This document shows, piece after piece, positions 19,582 to 28,795 of a stretch of DNA of 32,000 nucleotides (position 1 is its first letter; each line of letters starts with the position of its first letter). The notes beneath the pieces are model-generated. The model was not told the DNA's origin and searched no databases. It saw nothing but the letters and a program-made list of their open reading frames with translations. Origin of the DNA: Trichodesmium erythraeum IMS101 (GTDB taxonomy: Bacteria; Cyanobacteriota; Cyanobacteriia; Cyanobacteriales; Microcoleaceae); contig NC_008312.1 of NCBI RefSeq assembly GCF_000014265.1, positions 3,450,001-3,482,000 on the forward strand, given 5' to 3'. A program made the translations under genes and the position numbers.

Positions 19582-20114
19582 GTTAGTTATGAGTTATTAA
19601 GTATTATTTATGAGTTATTATTTGTTAGTTATTGATTCATAATTTACGGATATTTTAAATATATATAAATATATTTTGAATCAGACTAAAAATTCTATAA
19701 TTTGTAACTATTATAGAGGCTTTTTATGTAAAAAAAAACTATGAAGATAAATCCTCAAAGTAACTGTATTTTTATATATAGTAGGAATAACAGTTATTGA
19801 CTTTGACTGGTGTATATAATACTAGTTATCAACAAATTTTATGCTCTACTTAGGTAAAACTTCAGTTATTAAGTAATTAACAGAAATAGGATAACCTTTT
19901 TTACAAGATTAATGCTTTAAAATTTTGTTAATTGTTATCATTAAATGTTTTTATTTGGTTATTTCTATGGTTAGGCTTATAAGTGAGTTCCCTACTTCGT
20001 AAAAATGGAAGTTTATGATAAATTGTCATTTTATATGGGTTGGTAAATCCTATTAATTTCCTGTATACTTCTTTAAATATAATATGAAGGTTATATCTAA
20101 AAGGTAAAATATAA

Positions 20115-20741
20115 ATGAAAAAAATAATGGTTTTTTCTTTGGCTATTGTCCGGAAAATATATAAAGATAAAAGTTACAAGTGGCGTCAAGTTTATATAAT
20201 TTTCAACTGTTTGGTAGTTTTGATATTTTTTGGGGAAGGAATTACAGGAGGTCGAGATTTACTTAAGGTTTCTCTGAGTTGGCAACAGAAATATTTATAT
20301 AATTGTGATTGGCAAAATCAAGTTTGCTTAGACTCAAAATCTCAATCAAAATCTCCTGAAGTTCTTGTTGCTTCTATCTCAAATTATCCGACTTTGGTAC
20401 AGGCAAATCAGGTTTTGGCTTCGGGGAAATTTGTAACTGTTACTCGAGGAGAAAATACAAAAGGTAGGGCGGAAATTATTCGGGTGGGAGGTAAAACTCA
20501 AGTGCGGTTAGGAGAAAATTTTTCTACTATGGTTGGTCCGGCAGTAAAATTAGTTTTGCATAAACAAAGTCGTCCGGAAAGTTATACGGGAGAGAATTAT
20601 GTACCCTTGGGAGATTTAAAAAGTTTTACGGGGGAGCAAGTTTATAATATTCCAGAGGGAATAAGTTGGCAAGATTTCCCTAATGTTGTGGTTTGGTGCG
20701 AAAGATTTGATGTGACTTTTGGCTCGGCAAAGCTTAATTAG
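20115..20741 (+). CDS. DM13-domain protein with an N-terminal membrane segment
   Basis: 208 aa with ATG start and an in-frame TAA immediately upstream. The C-terminal ~110 aa (GKFVTV..GENTKGRAEIIRVGGKTQVRLGENFSTMVGPAVKLVL....YVPLGDLKSFTGEQVYNIPEGISWQDFPNVVVWCERFDVTFGSAKL) fit the DM13 pattern (nF.t..GP.l.v.L ... LG.L....G.Q.Y.iP ... v.iWC..f.v.Fg.A.L). Confidence 0.7.
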   Translation: MKKIMVFSLAIVRKIYKDKSYKWRQVYIIFNCLVVLIFFGEGITGGRDLLKVSLSWQQKYLYNCDWQNQVCLDSKSQSKSPEVLVASISNYPTLVQANQVLASGKFVTVTRGENTKGRAEIIRVGGKTQVRLGENFSTMVGPAVKLVLHKQSRPESYTGENYVPLGDLKSFTGEQVYNIPEGISWQDFPNVVVWCERFDVTFGSAKLN

Positions 20742-20811
20742 GGTTTGTTGAAAAAGTCTTTTTTAAAAGTATTTTTTAGGAGTAGGATACTTACCCAAAA
20801 GAGGAAGTTTC

Positions 20812-20837
20812 TAGGGACTTTTTATGTAAAGTCCCTA
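20812..20837. terminator. 10-bp stem hairpin between convergent genes (candidate shared terminator)
   Basis: TAGGGACTTT (20812-20821) pairs with AAAGTCCCTA (20828-20837) across a 6-nt loop. It lies 71 nt after the DM13 stop and about 250 nt after the WD40 stop. On the minus-strand reading it is followed by a partly U-rich tract. Confidence 0.3.
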
Positions 20838-21090
20838 CAGTTAAAAGGAAGGTCGAATTAGGTCGGAGATAGTTGGGTATATTTGTTCTTTTATTTTTGG
20901 TAAATTACTGTATTAAATGCTTTGGCTTCTGAATAATACAGCATATTTTGGCTGTATGAGTACGGTATGTGCGGGCATCTTGTTCCCGTGGCTGTGCCTG
21001 ATAATAACGGAAAGCCCTGTATAGTTCTCTCGATCATTATGGGATGGGGATGGGCAAATACCAGAAAGCTTCTACAATATAGGTTCTTAT

Positions 21091-22485
21091 TTAGTTTTCC
21101 CAACCTCTCCAAGGACTCACCTCAAGTACTCCTGTTGGTGTCATTACTGTTTTGAATAGTGCAAAAGACTTTTGATGACTCCCATGAGCATCAGAACTAT
21201 TGAGCAATTTTGGTAAAGGTGTTTGTTGAAAATAATCTCTTGCTGATCTATTTATGGGTTCTAAACTGAGGATGACACCATTATTATTAACTGTGGCCTG
21301 ATAAACTAAGTTCTCAGACCATGTTGGAGTCTGTTGCCAGCTTTGATTAATTTGATGATATAATATTTGGTTTAACTCTTCTAATTTTTGTGTATCAATA
21401 ATTTCTGAGATGAAGATTTTATCTGCTTCTTCCTTGACGACAGGTCGAAAAGTAGTATTCTGTAACTGTTGAGTATTTAAGTTAGATAAACACCACAATT
21501 TAATGTTCCTGTCAGTACTACCACTCACAAGGGTTTGACCATCTGGGGTAAATTTTAAAGACCAAACTGCTTGAGAATGGCCTGTAAATGTTTCTAGTAA
21601 TTTTCCTGTCTCTACTTGCCACAGATGAATTTTGCTGTCATAACTACTACCAGCAACAATTTTGCTATCAGGACTAAAGTCGACGGATAAAACTGCTTGA
21701 TCATGGTTTTCTAAAGTACTGTGAAGTTGGCCTTTTTCTATCTCCCATAGCTTAACTTTCTGGTCTTGGCTGCCACTAGCAAGAATTTTGCCGTCAGGAC
21801 TAAAGGCGATCGCCCAAATTGTCTTGGTATGTGCTGCAAAGGAGTGGAGTTCTTTACCTGTATTTAATTCCCAAGTTTTGATGTTTCCTTTCTTACATCC
21901 ACTAGCAAGTATCTCTCCATCAGGACTAAAAGCTAGAGCAATTATAGGGTATGGCTGTTTAATTTTCATCTTAAGGGAACCGGTTTTGAGGTTCCATATT
22001 TTAATGACACCATTATAACTACCACTCGCCAGGGTCTGACCATCCTTACTCATTGCTATGGCTTTCACATCGTCGGCATGACTTTTAAGGGTCTGGATAA
22101 ATTTTCCATTTGTAATATTCCAAAGTTTAATGTCGTTATCCCAACTACCACTGATAATAAATTTTCCATCGGGACTGATAACAAGGGACTCAATGGCATC
22201 TGCATGGGCATTGATGGTATGAAATAGTTGACCGTTTGTTAAGTTCCAAACCTTAATTTTACCATCATGACTGCTACTTGTTAAGGTTTTTCCGTCAGCA
22301 CTAATGGCAACTGCATAAATTGGTGTTTTATGTCCGGAAAGGGTGACGGAGGCTTGAGTTTTTGCTTTCAATTCGGTTAATATTGATAGCGATCGCCACA
22401 ACCATAGTCCACTAATAGCTGTTACTATCATTATGGAATATTTCCAAAGCTTTGGTTGGTTTAGTATAAGTTTAAGTTCAGTCAT
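21091..22485 (-). CDS. WD40-repeat protein with an N-terminal membrane anchor and an uncharacterised C-terminal domain of about 130 aa
   Basis: 464 aa with ATG start. A TM segment (YSIMIVTAISGLWLW) is followed by seven WD repeats of the form H...I.A.A.SPDG..LASGS.D..IKLW.L, and then a non-repetitive tail. Confidence 0.85.
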   Translation of the reverse strand: MTELKLILNQPKLWKYSIMIVTAISGLWLWRSLSILTELKAKTQASVTLSGHKTPIYAVAISADGKTLTSSSHDGKIKVWNLTNGQLFHTINAHADAIESLVISPDGKFIISGSWDNDIKLWNITNGKFIQTLKSHADDVKAIAMSKDGQTLASGSYNGVIKIWNLKTGSLKMKIKQPYPIIALAFSPDGEILASGCKKGNIKTWELNTGKELHSFAAHTKTIWAIAFSPDGKILASGSQDQKVKLWEIEKGQLHSTLENHDQAVLSVDFSPDSKIVAGSSYDSKIHLWQVETGKLLETFTGHSQAVWSLKFTPDGQTLVSGSTDRNIKLWCLSNLNTQQLQNTTFRPVVKEEADKIFISEIIDTQKLEELNQILYHQINQSWQQTPTWSENLVYQATVNNNGVILSLEPINRSARDYFQQTPLPKLLNSSDAHGSHQKSFALFKTVMTPTGVLEVSPWRGWEN

Positions 22486-22645
22486 TGTTATCTTTTGGAA
22501 AAGCTTGAAATTACTGTTTACTATTTATTGATTTCTTTAATGATATTGCTACAGCATTTGTATGATTTTTTTTTTTAGCAAGTAGCTTTTTGTTAACAAG
22601 AAGGGAAGTAATGTAGATAGTAAATATTTAGAATTTATATCTATA

Positions 22646-23185
22646 TTATGCAATAGTGGTTTCGTTTTTGCTTTTAGTTTTTGCCCATTTTTTTCTCCAC
22701 TCTAGAATTTTTCTAATAATAAATAAAATTGTTATGCTTGTAATTCCTAACATTGCTAATGGGGTAATATAGCTCCAATGACCCTGCATTTTGTCTATGA
22801 CGTGCCAGAGTAAAAGAAACATTGCTAAATAAGTCATTTGATGTAGTTTCTTCCAATTCTTTTTCATTATTTTGATACTCCAATTATTGGAGGTTATTGT
22901 TAGTAGTGCAAAAATAATGAAGCTGGCGACTCCGGTATATGATATCAAGTATGTTTGAAGATTAAAAAAATCAAAGTATCTCTTGATAATTAGTAACCGT
23001 GCATGAGCAACAGTAAAGAAAAAAGTAACTATGCCTATTTGACGACGATATTTGAATAAGAATTTAAGAAATCTTGTTTTTTTTGTTCCTGGAAAAACAA
23101 TTTTTAAAGTTGTGGGAAGTAATGTTGCAATATAGAAAATTAGTGCTAACAAACCTAAGCAGTTAGCAACTGGTGCGCTATCCAA
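22646..23185 (-). CDS. Ferric-reductase-like / MsrQ(YedZ)-like haem-binding transmembrane protein
   Basis: 179 aa with about 5 predicted TM helices. Conserved-looking His residues sit in helices (TVAHARLL, LLLWHVIDK), as in YedZ/MsrQ-type domains. The codon at 23185 is TTG, so the start is uncertain. Confidence 0.45.
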   Translation of the reverse strand: MDSAPVANCLGLLALIFYIATLLPTTLKIVFPGTKKTRFLKFLFKYRRQIGIVTFFFTVAHARLLIIKRYFDFFNLQTYLISYTGVASFIIFALLTITSNNWSIKIMKKNWKKLHQMTYLAMFLLLWHVIDKMQGHWSYITPLAMLGITSITILFIIRKILEWRKKWAKTKSKNETTIA

Positions 23186-23877
23186 AACAGACTCTCCTGT
23201 GTTTAATTATTAAACTATATTGGAAGCAAATAAAAACTAAAGCTGCTCCAAAATTTATTCTTTAATTTTTCAGATTGAGTTTAAATAGCTTCAAAAAGAC
23301 TTTAATTTTTCAAAAACATAGCTTTTAGCTAAAAAAGTACCTAAATTTAATAATTATATTTATTGATACTTTTGGATTTATGTTCATTAGTATAAGTAAT
23401 TTTTATATTTTTTTAATAACATCACTATACAAGTTTTCATAAAAACTATTAGCTATCATAACATTTTGAAACAATTATTGTTTCTAAAGTGGTTAGGGGT
23501 AGCTTCCTCTATCTCCTAAAGAAGTCTTTTAATTACTTGGACGTAATATTTGTAGGACTAACGCAGTATATTAAGTTATAGAATCAATCTCTTTAATAAA
23601 TAATATCAATTTTGGGGGGAAAACATCAAGATTTAAGAATTTCTTACTGTATCTAGGCCGTTCATTCTAGATACGTTAGTGTTGCCTAAGTTTTGATGAT
23701 TTAACCATAGGTTTTTTGATAGTTGATAATTCTATCATTTGATTACTTTAGCTTTTTGTCATTTGTCACAATTATAAGACAAGTGACATTATGAGATAAA
23801 AAATCGATACGCCTAGAGGTGGAAACTAAGGGTAAAGAAACACAGGGTAAAGGGCAAAAGGGGAAAAGAGAAAAGGG

Positions 23878-26800
23878 TTAGAGAGTTCTCCCGCCATCGC
23901 AGACAAGACGAAAACCAGAATTGATGATGTGGACGTCGCGCCTAAGACCGTCGGTGCGAACCGCAGAACGGCAAATATCAGGACTGTTGTTCCAAGAACC
24001 GCCCCGCAGCGGTGAGCGTTGTTTGTCTCCATTTAGCCAAGTGCTGCCGTCTATAGGAGCATTTCGATAATTATCATGCCATTCATCACCACACCATTCC
24101 CAAACGTTTCCGTGCATATCATATAACCCAAAACCATTGGCTGAAAACTGACCTACAGGAGTTGTTTGCTTTCTATGTTCTCCTTTTGGCTCATCCGCAT
24201 AAGTCACTGACGCATTATAATTAGCTAACTCTCCTGTGATCGTTTCTCCACAGCTAAAAGGTGGATAACTTTCTCCCTTTCCTAGGCCTAAAGCTTTTCT
24301 CTGTGCTCGACAAGCATATTCCCATTCCGCTTCACTGGGTAGTCTATAATTCCTTCCTGTTAATTTCGATAGTCTTTTACAAAATTCTACAGCTTTGTAC
24401 CAACTCACGGCCTCAACTGGTCTCTGCCATCTATCTATACCTTGGTATGGTTTTTTGAAATAAGATGGCTCTGGGTTTAGGTCTAATTCTACTTTTAAGT
24501 CTGTTCGAGAAGCGATCGCTCTCCACTGTCCTTGAGTAACCGGATATTTGCCCATAAAAAAGGGAGAAACAGTCACATTATGCTGGGGGCGTTCTGTATC
24601 TCTGTTAAGTTTTTCACTTTCAGGAGAACCCATGGTAAAAGTACCACCAAGAATAGCTACCATTTCTAGTTCTAACTGTTGCGCAATAGTTTCCCTAAAA
24701 TATCGAGCAAACTTAGTATCTTGCTTAATAATTTTTCCTCCTCGGTCAACTGTTGGCGTTGTATATTCATAGTGAAAAACCTCAAGGTCGGAGGGAAATG
24801 AAACCCCTTCTCTTTTTAAACTCCCAACAAAAGTTTTCCTGACAGAACACAATACACGAAAACCAGTATTGTTGAAACGGCTGTAGCTCATATTGATCTC
24901 AGAGCAATACGCAGAAAGGGACTTATCAGGACGGCTGCTCCAAGAACCTCCGCGGAGGGGTGAACGGTTTTTATTTCCATCTAGCCAAACACTTCCATCT
25001 ACAGGAGCACCATTATAGTTTTCATGCCATTCATCACCACACCACTCCCTTACGTTTCCGTGCATATCATATAACCCAAAACCATTGGCTGAAAATTTAC
25101 CTACAGGAGTTGTTTGCTCTCTATATTCTCCTTTTGGTTCATCGGCATAAGTCACTGACGCATCATAATTAGCTAGCTCTCCTGTGATCGTTTCTCCACA
25201 GCTAAAAGGTGGATAACTTGCTCCCTTTCCTAGGTCTAAAACTTCTGTCTCTGCTCGACAAGCATATTCCCATTCTGCTTCACTGGGTAGTCTATAATTC
25301 CTTCCTGTTAGTTTTGATAGTCTTTGACAAAATTCTACAGCTTCGTAGCAATTCACGTTTTCAACTGGTCTCTGCCATCTATCTATACCTTGGTATGGTT
25401 CTTTAAAAGTAGATGGCTCTGGGTTTAGGTCTAACTCTACTTTTAAGTCGGTTCGGGAAGCGATCGCTCTCCACTGTCCTTGAGTAACCGGATATTTCCC
25501 CATAAAAAAGGGAGAAACAGTCACATTATGTTGGGGGCGTTCTCTATCCGTACTACCTTTTTCACTTTCAGGAGAACCCATAGTAAAAGTACCACCAGGA
25601 ATAGCCACCATTTCCAAATTAATACCATCCGCAAGAAATTCCCTGAAATAAGGAGCGATATAAGCTGTTGTGTTGATCACTTCCCCCCGTCGGTTAACTG
25701 TGGGCGTTTTATAAGCAAAAACTTGATTTTCTTTAGGAAGTTTTTTCCCCTTATAAGCAAAAACTTGATTTTCTAACTTAGGAAGTTTTTTCCCCTCAAC
25801 ATTCTCAGAAATTTCATTTTGAGACCTTTCTATTTCCCGAGCAAAATCAGCATAAGGTCCTCCTAATCTTTTTAAAACTTTAGTTGCAACCGTAGCAAAA
25901 TATTTAACATCTAAATCTAAAACATTCCTCTCAGTTTTTAACCTTTCCAACTCATCAGGTTTTTTCAATAAAGCCAAAAATTCTCGAGGACTATTCCCCA
26001 GTCTATTAGCAAAATCCTGAGAAATCATAGTAATAATTTCCTGAGCATTCTTTCTCGGACTATCCTTCAGCAAAATATCTCTAATTTCCTCATCAATAAA
26101 CTGATATTGAACCTGATCAAAATCAATATCAGGAGTAATCAAAGATTGAGGTTTAAGAATATTACCGAGAAATACCTCAGCCACATGAACCTGTTGAGAA
26201 TCTCTCAGAAAATTCTTTTGAATTGACCGTACAATAGGTAAATTAATCACTGGTGCAGCAGAAAGATACTCAGCTAACTTTTGTGCTGTTTTTGAAGAAC
26301 TCATCTTAAAATTATACAGCCGTTTTTCACCTGTTAAATTTGCTCTTTCTTGGTCTGAGACTGTTTGATTCTGGTCTAGTTTTAATAAAGAAGAAAAAAC
26401 AAAACCACCAGCACCAATAATTCCTTTTCCTACCACCATTTCGCTCCAAGTTTCTATTAGTTCTGGTTCCAAACTAAATACAGGAACTTTGATTCCAGTT
26501 TGTAAATTATCATTACTCCCAAAAAAAACTTCCCTAACCAATAAATTAGAATTAGGAACCCTAGGCTGTAAACAATCCAATTGTACCATTGCCCCTAAAC
26601 TCAGAGCCGTTCTTAACCACAAACGTCGAGGTAAAACTTGGATAATTGCCACAATATTGTACTTTCCCCAATTTTTTAAGAGAGAAAAAAACTGACCATT
26701 ACGCCAAATCTTGCTAACACAATCACTAACTACTAAAATCAAACGACGACCAGTAGGATCGATAAGTTTTTGAGGATAAAAAAGATGATGAGAATAAGGA

Positions 26801-27468
26801 TTTTGTTTAATCCCTTGTTTAAGGCAAATTTTTCCCTTTGTGTCTGTCAAAATTCTCCAAGTTTTTACATTCCGAAAAATACCATAACGTTTGAATAATT
26901 GTTGTAATTCTTGAATATTTTTATCCCAAAAAATCATAGAATCACTTTGGTCAACCACTAAAGCCAAATCAAACTGAAGTTCCAGAGGATATTTGAGAAT
27001 AGGAACACAAAGTCCTTCTAATTGAGCAATATTTTCAACTGTAGCTTTTTCATCTAATAAAACTGCTTTACCATAAGAAATATATTCCATTAGAGGACGA
27101 AAAGCGCTAGCAATTTTCAAAGGGTGACGCAGTGAAGAAACATCAGGAGCTTTTATGGATAAATCACTTTTATTAGAAGAAGTAGAATTAGTTTTAGGAG
27201 TAACTTCAGCGTAGGAATTATTTTCAGGAATTTTCGGATAAAAACTATCTTGAAATTGTGTAGTAGAAGATCTTGTAGAAGATATTGTAGTATTTACTTT
27301 TTCACCTGTAGTTATTTGATTTTTAGAGGGTATTTTTTTATCAACTGAAGAGGGATATTGACGCCGCATTGCCAACCAAAGATTTTCGGCAATTTCTGTA
27401 CCTGTTAGTTTTAACTCTTTTTCTAATAGTCTAATTAAATTATCAAATTTATCAGTTTTTTTAGTCAT
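23878..27468 (-). CDS. vWA-domain protein (SAV_2336-like N-terminal helix + vWA) fused to two tandem FGE-sulfatase (SUMF1/PvdO-type) domains
   Basis: 1196 aa with ATG start. The N-terminus reads TEIAENLWLAMRR and is followed by an S/T-rich linker. The vWA region reads LLDEKATVENIAQ...FDLALVVDQSDSMIFW...RRLILVVSDCVSKIW...VAIIQVLPRRLW, with MIDAS DxSxS = DQSDS at 26938-26952. Two FGE-sulfatase modules (aa ~586-876 and ~902-1192) carry MVAIPGGTFTMGSP, RPQHNVTVSPFFMGKYPVTQGQW, YRLPSEAEWEYACRA, GLYDMHGNV(W/R)EWC and RGGSW. Confidence 0.85.
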   Translation of the reverse strand: MTKKTDKFDNLIRLLEKELKLTGTEIAENLWLAMRRQYPSSVDKKIPSKNQITTGEKVNTTISSTRSSTTQFQDSFYPKIPENNSYAEVTPKTNSTSSNKSDLSIKAPDVSSLRHPLKIASAFRPLMEYISYGKAVLLDEKATVENIAQLEGLCVPILKYPLELQFDLALVVDQSDSMIFWDKNIQELQQLFKRYGIFRNVKTWRILTDTKGKICLKQGIKQNPYSHHLFYPQKLIDPTGRRLILVVSDCVSKIWRNGQFFSLLKNWGKYNIVAIIQVLPRRLWLRTALSLGAMVQLDCLQPRVPNSNLLVREVFFGSNDNLQTGIKVPVFSLEPELIETWSEMVVGKGIIGAGGFVFSSLLKLDQNQTVSDQERANLTGEKRLYNFKMSSSKTAQKLAEYLSAAPVINLPIVRSIQKNFLRDSQQVHVAEVFLGNILKPQSLITPDIDFDQVQYQFIDEEIRDILLKDSPRKNAQEIITMISQDFANRLGNSPREFLALLKKPDELERLKTERNVLDLDVKYFATVATKVLKRLGGPYADFAREIERSQNEISENVEGKKLPKLENQVFAYKGKKLPKENQVFAYKTPTVNRRGEVINTTAYIAPYFREFLADGINLEMVAIPGGTFTMGSPESEKGSTDRERPQHNVTVSPFFMGKYPVTQGQWRAIASRTDLKVELDLNPEPSTFKEPYQGIDRWQRPVENVNCYEAVEFCQRLSKLTGRNYRLPSEAEWEYACRAETEVLDLGKGASYPPFSCGETITGELANYDASVTYADEPKGEYREQTTPVGKFSANGFGLYDMHGNVREWCGDEWHENYNGAPVDGSVWLDGNKNRSPLRGGSWSSRPDKSLSAYCSEINMSYSRFNNTGFRVLCSVRKTFVGSLKREGVSFPSDLEVFHYEYTTPTVDRGGKIIKQDTKFARYFRETIAQQLELEMVAILGGTFTMGSPESEKLNRDTERPQHNVTVSPFFMGKYPVTQGQWRAIASRTDLKVELDLNPEPSYFKKPYQGIDRWQRPVEAVSWYKAVEFCKRLSKLTGRNYRLPSEAEWEYACRAQRKALGLGKGESYPPFSCGETITGELANYNASVTYADEPKGEHRKQTTPVGQFSANGFGLYDMHGNVWEWCGDEWHDNYRNAPIDGSTWLNGDKQRSPLRGGSWNNSPDICRSAVRTDGLRRDVHIINSGFRLVCDGGRTL
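23893..25713 (-). repeat. In-frame 948-bp (316-codon) tandem duplication of the FGE-sulfatase module inside the vWA gene
   Basis: Module 1 spans 24841-25713 and module 2 spans 23893-24765. Long identical runs include the 41-residue QHNVTVSPFFMGKYPVTQGQWRAIASRTDLKVELDLNPEPS. The antisense track ORFs at 24261 and 25209 (MDNFLPFLGLKL / MDNLLPFLGLKL) are exactly 948 bp apart. Confidence 0.9.
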
Positions 27469-27479
27469 ATTTATTAAAC

Positions 27480-27593
27480 GTAGGTTGGGCTAACGTACGA
27501 CAACCAACATAACTAAATTATATCAATAAAATACACTCAACATTACCAAAATTATCCTGATGTTTGACTTCAGTGTCGTTCTGCCCAACCTAC
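27480..27593. repeat. 11-bp inverted repeat bracketing most of the moxR-vWA intergenic spacer
   Basis: GTAGGTTGGGC (27480-27490) and GCCCAACCTAC (27583-27593) are exact reverse complements, 92 nt apart. They lie inside the 144-bp gap between the two genes. Confidence 0.6.
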
Positions 27594-27612
27594 ATTACTA
27601 TTGACATTGTTA

Positions 27613-28758
27613 TCAAAATTCATCCGTAGTTGATAAACCCTTCAATAATAAAGCTTGTAAGTCATCAGTAAAAGCTTCTGGACTAAGGTTATTGCGAATA
27701 TAAATAGCATTCAATAACTGATCCGTTGCCCGTTCCTGTTCGTCCTTTTCCAAAAAAGCTTCAATAAGTTCCTCAGTTGTTGTCTTCAAACTTTCACCTT
27801 GTTCCTCATCCTGAAAATGAGCCTTAATAATAGTTTGAAGAGCTGCCGCACCCGGGTCTGGCATTCTTATTCGGAGACAGCGGCGCACAAAAGCCGGAGG
27901 AAAGTCCCGTTCCCCATTACTAGTCATAATTACAATAGGAAAACTAGAACAATGAACTCTTCCCCCTATAATAGAAGCTTTGATACCCGCATCTTCCGTC
28001 CGCACTTTTACTTTTGTTGGTTGATCATTTTCAGAACTTTTTTCAGACCTATCAGCCCAACGGACCAACTCAGGAATTTCAAACCTTCCCTCCTCAAATA
28101 AGTGAAGCAAATCATTCGGCAAATTAATATCACTTTTATCTATCTCATCAATTAATAATACTCTCGGATATAAAGAAGGTAAAAAAGCTGTTCCTACCGG
28201 GCCCAAAGTGACATATTGGCCAATATTTTGTAAGTTCTCCCTATTTAACTGAGAATCTTGTAACCGAGCGATCGCATCATAACGATAAAGTCCATCGACC
28301 AAATTAGAACGAGCTGTAATGGGCCAATTCAATACGGGCCCTAATTTTAATTCCTGTGCGATCGCATAAGCCAAGGAAGTTTTACCCGAACCAGGGTTTC
28401 CTGTGACCAAAAGAGGCCGTCGTAAATATATTGCAGCATTTACGGCATCAACAACATTAACAAGTGGTTTTTGACCATCATCTTCCTCAGTTATTTCTGA
28501 GGAATAAACACGAAATTTTTCACCCTTTTCTCTACCCCTTTTATTATCATCAGACTCAGCTAAAATTTGAATATTTTGCCAATCTTTTTCCAGTTGTTTT
28601 TTTAATTCAGAATCTTTTTCTATCTCTTGAAATTTTCGCCAAGGGGGAGGATCAGGAAGGTCAGCAATATTAACATTATGTGTATTTCCATCACCATAGA
28701 AAAAAAGCCAGGCTTGTTGATTTTCCATCATATTATTTTGGGGATAAATTTTTACCAC
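27613..28758 (-). CDS. MoxR-like AAA+ ATPase (partner of the vWA protein)
   Basis: 381 aa. Walker A GNPGSGKTSLA (28378-28401 covers GNPGSGKT) and Walker B VLLIDEIDK (28135-28161). There is an N-terminal extension with PDPPPWRKF. The start is a GTG at 28758, preceded by AAGGAG with a 6-nt spacer. The gene begins 37 bp after the stop of the upstream gene. Confidence 0.8.
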   Translation of the reverse strand: MVKIYPQNNMMENQQAWLFFYGDGNTHNVNIADLPDPPPWRKFQEIEKDSELKKQLEKDWQNIQILAESDDNKRGREKGEKFRVYSSEITEEDDGQKPLVNVVDAVNAAIYLRRPLLVTGNPGSGKTSLAYAIAQELKLGPVLNWPITARSNLVDGLYRYDAIARLQDSQLNRENLQNIGQYVTLGPVGTAFLPSLYPRVLLIDEIDKSDINLPNDLLHLFEEGRFEIPELVRWADRSEKSSENDQPTKVKVRTEDAGIKASIIGGRVHCSSFPIVIMTSNGERDFPPAFVRRCLRIRMPDPGAAALQTIIKAHFQDEEQGESLKTTTEELIEAFLEKDEQERATDQLLNAIYIRNNLSPEAFTDDLQALLLKGLSTTDEF

Positions 28759-28795
28759 TGCTTTCTCCTTTTTTAAGAACTAATTATTTAGTTGA

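Noticed and set aside
20891-21155. Track ORFs 20891..21112(-) and 20967..21155(+)
   Set aside because: They overlap each other and the 3' end of the WD40 gene. Neither has motifs or plausible starts, so they are treated as intergenic noise.
23826-24032. 68-aa minus-strand track ORF
   Set aside because: It is an out-of-frame overlap with the end of the vWA-FGE gene and extends into the purine-rich tract. Its sequence is not protein-like.
24261-25776. Plus-strand track ORFs 24261, 24548, 24960, 25209, 25480 (and 26489)
   Set aside because: All are antisense to the well-supported 1196-aa vWA-FGE gene. The 24261 and 25209 pair are near-identical only because they shadow the 948-bp duplication. 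None has a recognisable motif.
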